Source: Podarcis erhardii
Taxonomy: Eukaryota
Assembly: GCA_964252035.1 (NCBI GenBank)
Contig: OZ176202.1
Length of the DNA: 64,000 nt
Direction: 5' to 3' (one strand)
Numbering within the stretch: the stretch's first letter is position 1; each line of letters opens with the position of its first letter. A program made the translations under genes and the position numbers. The notes under the pieces are model-generated. The model saw nothing but the letters and a program-made list of their open reading frames with translations, searched no databases and was not told the DNA's origin. Below are positions 1-10,955 of the stretch, piece by piece.

Positions 1-548
1 AAAGGAGGAATACCTTTTTAATATGCTGCTTGCCATTTCTATTTATAAGTACATATATTAAAGATAATGTCATGTTTTAATATTGCTGCCCAGTTAATTG
101 GGGCACTTTTATTCAATTAAAGACTTATGAAAGTGATTCATCTAACTAATTAATGGTTTAAATGCTGCAGTCCTAGCTGTATTCTGCTATCTGAATAAAC
201 TTTCCCTACAAAGTGCTCCCTACTGAAGAGAGGAATAATCTCATAGCTGAAAATGGGAAGACTTTTTAGCAAATATTTTTTTTAAAACCCACAAAACTAC
301 TGAAGCCTGTCCAAGACAAAACAAAAAAATGTAGAAGGCAAGCAAATGCAATGGAGGAGAGGGCTCCATAACTTTAATAGCTAGCTGCAACTATCAAAAT
401 TCACTGCCCTGCTTCATTCACATCTTGTCACCTTATGTGGCGTTCCATTTAATTTCATTACTGGGGTTGCAAAGTGACAGGGAAGAATTGACTGAAAACA
501 TGCTTTTAAGTACTCAGATAAAAATAGCTAGACAGGATACATACATAC

Positions 549-1008
549 AGTTCAGTTGGTTAGAGCATGGTGCTGTTAATGCCAAGGTTTCAGGTTTGAT
601 CCCTGTATGGCAGTGGTTCCCAATTAGAGGTCTGGAGAAGGCACCCAGGGGGTTCGTGGCCCCATCCCTTGCCTCCCCCTCAATTAATTTTGTTATTTTT
701 GCATTGTAATAACAAAAAAATTATGATCTGTTTGTTTTTTAGTATACCTAAAATCCTTTGCTTATTTGGGGCCACCCCACATTTTATTCAAAAAATTGTT
801 TTGCAGAGGTAACTACCATAGAGTTATCAAAATTTTCAAAAGTAGGGGGTCTGTGGCTTGGCTTTTGAAAAATAGGGTGTCCTGAGTAATTAGCTAAGTG
901 GGAACCACTGCTGTATGGGACAGCTGCATATTCCTACATTGCAGGGGCTTGGACTAGACACTAGAGGATCCTCAGGCTCCCTTACAACTATCTTTCTATG
1001 ATCTATGA
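549..1008 (+). mobile_element. tRNA-head/CR1-tail SINE, split by a hAT MITE (pieces ~549-610 and 919-1008)
   Basis: A-box-like CAGTTCAGTTGG and B-box-like GGTTTGATCCC; after the insertion the sequence continues GACAGCTGCATATTCCTACATTGCAGGGG...GGACTAGA...TTCTATGATCTATGA, a CR1-type 3' end. Confidence 0.75.
611..910. mobile_element. hAT (Buster/Charlie-type) MITE, 300 bp
   Basis: TIRs CAGTGGTTCCCA(A/C)TTAG (12 bp perfect, 17 bp with 1 mismatch); perfect 8-bp TSD CTGTATGG at 603-610 and 911-918. Confidence 0.9.
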
Positions 1009-1244
1009 TCATTTTATTTGTATGCCACCTTTCCATAGTTAAAAAACCCATTCTTAAGGTGGCTTCCAACATGAATAAATTTACATAATTACTAATATAA
1101 CAAAAGATGACAAAGACCTGGATAAATGGGTAACGCTTATGATGCAAAAGTTCTGGGCTAAATGTCTAGCTGAACATATCTCAGGCAACAGTGGTAGCAA
1201 AGGTCTCATACTACTGTGGTCCCTGACAGATAGAATAGACAGTA

Positions 1245-1470
1245 CAGTCATACCTCGGGTTACAGACGCTTCAGGTTGCGCTTTTTTGGGTTACGGACCC
1301 GCCAAAACCCAGAAGTACCGGAATGGGTTACTTCCAGGTTTCAGGGGTCACGCATGCGCAGGAGCCCTAAATTGCGTATAAGCACCGAATTGCAAGTTAC
1401 GCAGACGCGCCACTGTGGGTTGAGAACCTGCATCCCGCACGGATCACGTTCAGGATCCGAGCGTCCACTG
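1245..1470. mobile_element. Tc1/mariner (Tigger-like) MITE
   Basis: TA...TA flanks; ends CAGTCATACCTCGG / CCGAGCGTCCACTG (imperfect TIRs); CpG-rich interior. Confidence 0.65.
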
Positions 1471-1514
1471 TACTGGCCTAGGTGGAACATAGTCTGTGGC
1501 AAACTTTCAAGCCA

Positions 1515-1680
1515 CGTAACTATAACCCACAGGGTGCCTGTAGGACCACATCGCTTGTTGGCACCTTTCTGTCTAACAATGGAGTGCCCTTCTGGGGGTG
1601 AAATCAAAGTGCTGCGTTAGCAGCACCCAAGTGACCTCTCTGGGGCACAACCCTGGGCAGTGTGTATGGAGGTCCATGTC
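1515..1680 (+). mobile_element. probable LINE-derived (RTE/Vingi-like) fragment
   Basis: GGAGTGCCCTTCTGGGGG...GCTGCGTTAGCAGCACC...GGGCAGTGTGTATGGAGGTCC resembles a common lizard repeat (recalled, not searched). Confidence 0.35.
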
Positions 1681-2049
1681 ATCTCCTAGCAAATGCCTAG
1701 GAACCAATTCCTCCTCCTCCTCCACGCCCACAGATTAGCCAGAAAGCTACACCCTGTACCCAAGCGGTGGGCGGAGGGGGGGGGGAGAGAGAGGGAGAGA
1801 TACTGCTATAAATATCATTGCACTGGTTTTCCCAGGACAGGTTGCCCTCTGGGAACGAGATCAATTTTCATTTTCTTCCATAACAAGGAGGGTGACTAAC
1901 GTTTCAAAAAACAACCCGGGGCCTGCTTCCGTTTATACCCCGCCTTTCTGGCAAGTGGGACCGACGGCGGATAACAATGGAAACAATTTTAATTTTAAAA
2001 AAGAAAAAAGTCGATAGGAAAATGTAGCAGGGGGCGTTTTACTTGGCCC

Positions 2050-2930
<881 letters not shown>

Positions 2931-4445
2931 AAAGGCAGCTGAGCTGAGAGAAGTGACAGGTCTCACATTTCAATAACCCACAGAAGGAGCTAGTGCAATA
3001 ATTCTATCGTTTGGAGAAATGGGCTCAGGAGCTGAAGGGTCTCTGCCTCAGCTTTATTTATGTCCACACTCAAGCTAGGGCTTTGTAGGGGAATCGAGAT
3101 GCGGCTCAGGTGCCAAGATGGGAGCATCAGGAGCATCAGTAATGCATGGGAGATAAGTTATGGCTTTGCTTCTGGTTTTGAACCATGTATCAGAGCAGAG
3201 GCATGGGAAACTGTCAATAACACAAGTGTTAAGAAAGACATATGCTTCTGAATTGCTGGAAACTGTGGGGGGGGGGGTGCTGTGGCGCTTAGGTCCGGCT
3301 TGCAAGGCTTCCCACAGGCAGGACTATTCTTACGTTCTTAAATGCCACTGCATTGTAATATTAATGCCAAGCCATCTTTAATACCTTTCCATCATTTGGG
3401 GCTATCTGAGATATAGAACATTATATTCGCCATAATAGCTTCCATTAATTCATATCTCATAAATAGGATGGAGCGGGTTAGCCAATGATGAAGTGGCAGC
3501 AGTAGAAGTTGTAGAAATAGCCTGCTTGCCCTTTAATGACACCCCTCATAAACCCAAGGTGGCCACTTCACTCTGATTCATAGTCTTATTTATTTATTGC
3601 CCACCCCTTCACCCTAAGGTCCCAGGGCCATGGTAGAGATGGCCCAGATTGTGGAAGGACCTGATTTAAAGCACATACAAACATCATGCCAACTGTGTAT
3701 TGTTGGCCTCAACTGCTTTAGCCTGTTTATTATTATTATTGCCAGCAGGAAAACCACAAGGCTTAATGGAAATTTATTTATCCGTTGCATTTTTATACCA
3801 CATTCTGCCAAGGCACTCAAGGTGACTTCCAACCTTAACCTTCAAAAAAGGGTATAAAATATAGAATACTATCAGGCCAACTAGTCCCTTCAGGAGCTGA
3901 TAGCATCAGCTGTCTGGTCTGGGTTTCTGCCTTCCCTCAGGGCATACAAGTCTTTAGGTAGCTCTAGGAAAGGAGTGCCTGGCGTGCTCTGGTCCATGGG
4001 GTCACGAAGAGTCGGACACAACTAAATGACTAAACAACAACAAGGAAAGGAGTGGCAGACAGGAGTGCCTGCCGTGCTCTGGTCCATGGGGTCATGAAGA
4101 GTTGGACATAACTAAACGACTAAACAACAAGGAAAGGAGTGGCAGACAGGAGTGCCTGGTGTGCTCTGGTCCATGGGGTCACGAAGAGTCGGACACGACT
4201 AAACGACTAAACAACAACAACAAGGAAAGGAGTGGCAGACAGGAGTGCCTGGCGTGCTCTGGTCCATGGGGTCATGAAGAGTCGAACACGACCAAACGAC
4301 TAAACAACAACAACAAGGAAAGGAGTGGCAGACAGGAGTGCCTGGCGTGCTCTGGTCCATGGGGTCACGAAGAGTCGGACACAACCAAACAACAACAACA
4401 ACAAGGAAAGGAGTGGAAGGAAGGAGTGCCTGGCGTGCTCTAGCC

Positions 4446-5748
4446 CAGTGTTTCCCAACCTTTTTTGGGCAAAGGCACACTTGTTTCATGAAAAAAATCT
4501 CGAGGCACACCACCATTAGAAAATGTTTAAAAAATTAACTCTGTGCCTATATTGACTATATATACAGTAGTGCCCCACAAGACGAATGCCTCGCAAGACT
4601 GAAAACCCGCAAGACGAAAGGGTTTTCCGTTTTTTGAGGCACTTCGCAAGATGAATTTCCCTATGGGCTTGCTTCGCAAGAAGAAAGCCTATAGGGAAAT
4701 CTCCAGGGACCTCTTTTAAATGCTGGCGGTGGGGAGCAAAGCCTTCCCCCCCCTCCGGCCTTCAGAAGAGGTCCAGGAAGGCCGGCGGGGGCCGAAAGGC
4801 TTTGCTCCCCACCGCCAGCATTTTAAAAGCAGTCCGGGATAGCAGGGAAGCGCTTCCCGCTATCCTGGACGGCTTTTGAAGGCAGGCGGGGGGAGCAAAG
4901 ACTTTTGTTCCCCCGCCCGCCTTCAGAAGAGATCCAGGACCTCTTCTGAAGGCTGGCGGGGGGTGAAAGTCTTTGCTCCCCCCTGCCTGCCTTCCCGGGA
5001 GAGCGGAGAAAAGCAGCGTGTTTCTCCGCTGTCCCGGACAGCTTTTGAAGGCAGGCAGAGGGGAGCAAAGACTTTCGCCCCCCGCCCGCATTCAGAAGAG
5101 GTCCAGGACCTCTTCTGAAGGCGGGCGGGGGGTAAAAGTCCTTGCTCCCCCCCTGCCTGCCTTCCCGGGAGAGCGGAGAAAAGCAGCGTGTTTCTCCGCT
5201 GTCCTGGACGGCTTTTGAAGGCAGGCGGGGGGAGCAAAGACTTTCGCCCCCCGCCCGCCTTCAGAAGAGGTCCAGGACCTCTTCTGAAGGCTGGCGGGGG
5301 GCAAAAGTCTTTGCTCCCCCTGCCTGCCTTCCCGGGAGAGCGTAGAAACGCAGCACGTTTCTCCTCTGTCCCAGACGGCTTTTGAAGGGGGGGAGCAAAG
5401 ACTTTCTGCTCTCCCGGGAAGGCAGGCACGGGGGAGCAAAGACCTTTGCCCCCCGCCCGCCTTCAGAAGAGGCCCTGGACCTCTTCTGAAGGCGGGCGGG
5501 GGGGCGAAAGTCTTTGCTCCCCTCTGCCTGCCTTCAAAAGCTGTCTGGGACAGCGGAGAAACACGCTGCGTTTCTCCGCTCTCCCGGGAAGGCAGGCAGG
5601 GGGGAGCAAAGAGGTCCTGGACCTCTTCTGAAGGCGGGCGGGGGGCAAAAGTCTAATTCTAATTTCAATGAGTGTGCCCTCCCACGGCACACCAGGCAAC
5701 GTCTCGCGGCACACTAGTGTGCCGCGGAACACCGGTTGGGAAACACTG
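4446..5748. mobile_element. hAT (Buster/Charlie-type) non-autonomous element carrying a nested insert
   Basis: Perfect 15-bp TIRs CAGTGTTTCCCAACC / GGTTGGGAAACACTG; perfect 8-bp TSD CTCTAGCC at 4438-4445 and 5749-5756. Confidence 0.95.
4565..5653. mobile_element. Tigger/mariner-like MITE with an internal palindrome array; right end missing
   Basis: Begins after TATA with CAGTAGTGCCCCACAAGACGAATGCCTCGCAAGAC; ~169-bp GC-rich palindromic units inside; no matching right TIR before the hAT sequence resumes at TAATTCTAATTTC. Confidence 0.7.
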
Positions 5749-6431
5749 CTCTAGCCCATGGGGTCACGAAGAGTCGGACACGACTAAACGACTAAACAAC
5801 AACAACAAGGAAAGGAGTGGCAGACAGGAGTGCCTGGCATGCTCTGGTCCATGGGGTCATGAAGAGTTGGACATAACTAAACAACAACAAAGGAAAGGAG
5901 GGCCTGCTCCAACAGTGCCCTCAGCATTTTGCCCACTGATGGTTCCTTTAGGAGCCAATTATTACAGACTTCCTGGCCTGGGGTTCTCTTCTGCCTTCCC
6001 TTAGGCACATTAAGTAGCCCCAGAGAAGGGAAGAAAGGCTTAAATGCCTGCTAGCTTTGAATACAAACAGGAAGGAGAAGCCAGATTTAAATATAATTTT
6101 CATCAAATTTGGCAATGGGAGGAAGAAGCCAGAGAGACACTGAACTGCACATCAACATATCCTTCAGTGTTGACCTCACTGAATAATGGAGGGGAAGCAC
6201 GTTTTCATGTCTATTCTAGTTGTATATAATCATAGGGAGGACCTGGTTTTTCTTGTTGAGACATGGGATAGGGACACCCAGCCCACTCCCACGTATGTTT
6301 ATTCAGAAGTCAGTCCCACTGTGTTTAGTAGAACTTATTCTCAAGTAAATGTGGATATGATTGCAGCTTTAGTGAGTGAGGTTTTACTGCTTTAATAATT
6401 ATCATAAAAATTGTATTTATAACATAAATTT

Positions 6432-6660
6432 GCATAGTGGTTAGAATGTTAGGAGAGGACTGGGGAGATCCAGGCTCAAATCATTGCTCAGCCATGAACT
6501 GTAGCCTTATTCCTTCAGAACCTCACAGGGTGACCTTTTGCCAGTCATTCTGCTCTCTCAACCTCACAGGGTTGTGGTGAAGTAAAATGGAGTTAGGGGG
6601 GAGAACTGTGTATGACATGTTGAGCTCCTTGAATGAAAGGAGGGGAATAATTTTAATAAT
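6432..6660 (+). mobile_element. old MIR/Ther1-like (CORE) SINE
   Basis: GCATAGTGGTTAGA head, GGGTGACCTT...GCCAGTCA core, ACCTCACAGGGTTGTGGTGAAG tail. Confidence 0.65.
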
Positions 6661-9089
6661 TAATAGATGCAATTTAGGTATGCTAAATGTTTGTTTTCTT
6701 TTAAATTATTTTATATGTCTTGGCTCCGCCTTAATTAAATATATATATAATTTTTTTTATCATTACTGAAACTTGCATGCATCCCTGTATTCTGCTGTTC
6801 TTTTCATCTTTCCATTAATCCTAACTAGGCAGGTTATTCAGCTGTTAGTGCACAAAATTCAGGGTAAACAATGCCGTGCTTAACTTAATCCTTTCTCTCC
6901 TTTTCATACGGCTTTTATACCATAAATTTTGATTAATGTATAGTCACTGTTCAACCTCTGAAGCAAACAGCTCAGTTTTTATCACGTTTACTTGGATTTG
7001 AGACCCATTATAATTATTTCTCTAATGCACTTAAATTTATCAACATTTCAAACAGAACAAATATTCCAGCACTCTCTCTTATTAAAATAATGTGATACAC
7101 GTGTTGCAGTTGTTAAAAATAGTAAGCCAGCTATCAGAAGATACAGCAGGAAACTGCTGAGATACTAAATGTATCTTAGCATAATCTCTTATTTATAGTC
7201 TGTGATGTCAATTAGAGCCTGTATATTAATTTGTGGTTTGGAGGATGTTTTATATTATTGGTATTTAAGCCAAAAGAAAGCTGAACTTCATGTACAGCTG
7301 CAATCCAAGCATGTTTAGAATTATTACTTACCATTATTGCCAGGATAGGCGCATTTTAGCAAATACGGTATATATTTCTTAAAGTGAGTCAATCAGCCCA
7401 TTAAAATTCACTGTCATAAACACATGCTGCAATAAACTGAGCAATAAAGAAGTATCCTGCTAGAATGGGGATTTAGAAATGATTGATTTCATTTGTTTGA
7501 ATGATGAATGGCAATATATATTAAGCCTGTAAGAACTTGACTGATTCCAGGTGGAAACAGTTTAGACTTAGTAGGTGATTTACTGCCAGAAGAGCTCTGC
7601 TAAATAAGATGTTTATAAATATGATACAACATTAGCAGTTAAAAAATATTTGTTGCCATGTCAAAACATCCTACACTCTGCTCCCGCTGCCCCAGCGATA
7701 CTTCCTCGGCCATTGTCCCCTTTGCTTGCTTGCCCTATCTCTTTTTATATTGAAGGTATATCTGTTCTGATGTCCAAGTAGGTCTGTGCTGGCAGAGGAC
7801 CGATGTCCCCTCTGGCTGCCACTGCCTTTCTAACATTGCAGAAGCTCTGGAGGATCATTTTAGGCCTTAAAAACCTGAATTCTGCAACCCATCAAACCCT
7901 TCTAGGAAATTCAACTTCTGCATGAATGTGCCAGTATGTTAATAGTCTTTCAAATTAGATGCAAAACATGCTGGGGGGGGGCGAAGATAGATGACACTTC
8001 TGGGATAACAGTGGTTTGGTCTGGGATAGCTTCTGTAGTTGGCTATTAACCAAACTTCTCTGATGATAGGGAATGTTCATAAACTGTCAAAACTTGTGAG
8101 GTTAAGTAGGCAGGAAGTAATGGAAACAGTGAGAAACTAGGGGACCACAGCTCATACGGACTGTAAAGACAATAGGATGAATAGGATGGTGGTCTCAACA
8201 AGGGAACATGTGACAAAAGTAGGCTAGGAAGAACTGGGAGGTGAGGGGGATATGAATATTAATTTGACACAATCAGTCAAATTCTTGGTATAAAACTCTT
8301 GCAGGTATTTACATGTGATCTAAACTACTGGTTGGTTTCAATCAGCAATCAATTGTATTTCTGCCACTCTTCATTTGACTTCAGCAGGCTCAAGACATCC
8401 TTGGGGACAGAAGCAGGCACTTCTATTTTAAACAGACACACCAAAAGCTTTTTGCTATGAACAGATTAAGCCATGCACAGCTAAATACTTAATGAGACTT
8501 GTGAGGGCTGCATTAAACTTGATCTCCCGGCCCTTATGACCCTAACAGATGGTGGTTCTGGTAGACCAATGGAAAGTTGCAGAACTTCATACACCCACCA
8601 GCATAAACATACAGATGTTTATTTGATGCAATACTCTTGATAAAAATACACTTGACTCCTGGAAGACAAACCTGATCAGACTTAAGTATACACTTGCCAG
8701 CGTTTCTTCAAAGTCCTGAAACAATACAGATTCTCACTAGTATCTTTCAATGTTGATTCTTTTCTGTGTTTGTGTTATGTTTAATGTTGTGGTACCTGAA
8801 TACGAGAGATGTGAAAATTGCGTATAAACACAGCTATACATAAATTTTCACAAACCACTCTATTTGTCTCTTATCTATCTTCATTCGGGTACCACAACAG
8901 TAAACATAATATTGACCCAATAGCCTAGTCCAGAAATAACCTTTTTTTAACCTCTGTCCCTGGTGGTTGAACAATGCCCTGTATCGAGTTACTTCTAGGA
9001 AAAGAGGTAGCATTAGGTTTCGGTGTTGATCCTCGGCTCAGGTTAAACCCTATATATACACCTGAGCAACAACACTTTGGTAGCTTAAG

Positions 9090-9920
9090 CAGCACGCAGC
9101 GGCGGGAGCTGTTTTTTAGAACTATTCGCGGAGTGTTAAAGAAAAGCGACTACTTTTCCCAGCAAGCTCTGCGGAAGAAAGTCCCGGCCAGGGCTGCTAA
9201 CCGAGGCTATATAAGCCCATCGGGCGGCGCGGGTTTCAGACATTTGCCGGTGGCTGTCGCGGTTGCGAAGCTGGTGGCGGCTCTTTTCCTTCTGACGCTG
9301 CCGCGCGCCGTTGTTGTTCCCGTTTATTCTCCCTTAGAACGAGCTCCTTTCCGATGAGGCCGAACGAGGCGTCCGAGGCGCCCGCTTTGGCGGCGCGCCT
9401 GGAGGAGCTGAAGCGCCGGGCGGCCGAGTGCATCGAGGCGTCGTCGGAGCGGCTGGCCGAGCTGAGCCGCGAGATCTGGAGCCGGCCGGAGCTGGCTTAC
9501 GAGGAGCGCCAGGCGCACGACGCCCTCGCCCGCTTCTTCGCGGGGTCCTCGCCGGCCGGCGCTTGGCTGGTGCAGCGCAGCTACAAGCTGGAGACGGCCT
9601 TGCGGGCGGACTGGCAGTGGGGCGTCGAGAGAGACGCCGCGGGGGCTGCTCCTACCGCCGCCGCCGCCGCCGCCGAGGACGGGCAGAAGGCGCCCCTCCG
9701 TCTGGGCTTCTTGTGCGAGTACGACGCCCTGCCGGGCATCGGCCACGCCTGCGGCCACAACCTCATCGCCGAAGTGGGCGCCGCCGCCGCGCTGGGCCTG
9801 AAGGGCGCCCTGGAGAGCCTCCGCCCGAGCGGAGCCGCCGACGGACCGTCCCGCCACGTCCCCGCCGTCAAGGTGCAGGGTGGGTGGGGGGAGAGGGAGA
9901 GAAGCTGCGCCCCGCATCTC
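9090..9920 (+). promoter_or_regulatory. CpG island / promoter of PM20D2 with TATA-like element
   Basis: CpG-dense; TATATAAG at 9208-9215 with TCAGAC about 28 nt downstream. Confidence 0.75.
9354..9872 (+). CDS. PM20D2: PM20D2 exon 1 (peptidase M20 family, Xaa-Arg/beta-Ala-Lys dipeptidase-like)
   Basis: MRPNEA...PELAYEE...[26 protein letters not shown]...VK; 519 nt; donor AAG|GTGCAG. Confidence 0.97.
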
Positions 9921-10193
9921 CTGCCTTCAACCCACAACCTTTCTGAGCCCCCTCTTTTTTCTTTCCTTTTTTTGGGGGGGGGGCGCTGGGACGCTGCTGT
10001 AGTTCTCACCATGCCCATTCTTTGCGTCTTGTTTTCGCAAAGTGCCCTAGAAAGATCTCTGGAGGTGTATATGCAACTTGTAAACCTATGGGTAAATAAA
10101 GAAAGACCCTCCCGTAAAGAGAGTGCCACGACCCGCGCCCCCCGGGATGCTTTGGTATTTTGCTGCTCTTCCTGACCCACATGTCACCTTCAG

Positions 10194-10342
10194 GTCACCG
10201 TGTTGGGCACCCCTGCCGAAGAAGACGGAGGAGGCAAAATCGACTTGATCAAAGCCGGGGCTTTCGATGGTCTGGATGTTGTTTTCATGGCCCATCCATC
10301 CCAAGAAGATGCAGCATATTTGCCCGACGTAGCAGAACATGA
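10194..10342 (+). CDS. PM20D2: PM20D2 exon 2
   Basis: [49 protein letters not shown]; 149 nt; CAG| and GA|GTGAGT. Confidence 0.97.
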
Positions 10343-10844
10343 GTGAGTAAACTGGAATGGGAGGCATTGTTTACTTGGCCATTGTAACAAGCCTTTCACT
10401 TTTGATCCACTTTTGAGTTACTCGTTTGGCTTTCCAAAGGGCACTTGGAACAATTTATGTAACGTTCTGCTGCTGTTTCTAATAAACCGCTAATGAGCAC
10501 GTGGTGCTTGTGTGGAGCTGTCAAGCGAAACAAGTTTCTACTTCAATTAACTTGTATTACGTGAGGTTTGAGTTTTTATACCATAACCGTTAATTCATTA
10601 TCCTAAAGGGCCCCAGTAAGAAAGGAAGGCTGGGTGGCATTATGAAACAGCTGCCAAGGCCTCTTGTGCCAAAGGTCCTGTTCTTTCTCACTATGCTGTC
10701 CAGAAGAAGCTCACCCAGTTTTCCTCTTAGCTGTGCACTGGGGAAAGTTGGGGTGATGTGTGAGGAAGATATGAGGACCTCCAAAGCCAACCTGCTCCCA
10801 GTAACCAGTCCTTCAGTATGGGTGATGGAGTCCATGCACAGAAC

Positions 10845-10955
10845 ACAGGTCCATTGGTCTATCAAGCTCGCCTTGCACTACCTGGAGATGCAGGGGATTG
10901 AACCTTCGATTTCCTGAATGCAAAGCAGATGCTGTGCCACTGAGTTACTTCCCAT
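10845..10955 (-). mobile_element. degenerate tRNA-derived SINE (same family as 43095-43290)
   Basis: Reverse complement of a tRNA-like head (GCAGATGCTGTGCCACTGAGTTAC; GGGATTGAACC on plus). Confidence 0.55.

Larger units (their letters stand above)
3967..5900 (+). repeat. Tandem array of seven RTE/BovB-type LINE 3' tails (77-93 bp units), interrupted by a hAT element
   Basis: Units start at 3967, 4044, 4131, 4224, 4317, 4405 (split) and 5809; each is GGAAAGGAG + ...GGAGTGCCTGGCGTGCTCTGGTCCATGGGGTCACGAAGAGTCGGACACGACTAAACGACTAAA(CAA)n, matching the BovB/Bov-A 3' end. Confidence 0.9.

Noticed and set aside
3967-5900. CRISPR-like appearance of the regular ~90-bp repeats
   Set aside because: There are no unique spacers, the units are LINE 3' tails, the context is a spliced vertebrate locus, and there are no cas genes.
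4102-6004. Many overlapping 60-168 aa ORFs with repeated peptides
   Set aside because: They are translations of the RTE-tail array and GC-rich MITE palindromes, with no domain motifs.
9324-10180. Alternative-frame and antisense ORFs (197, 172 and 199 aa) and the 273-aa read-through
   Set aside because: These are shadows of GC-rich PM20D2 exon 1; homology stops at the donor at 9872.
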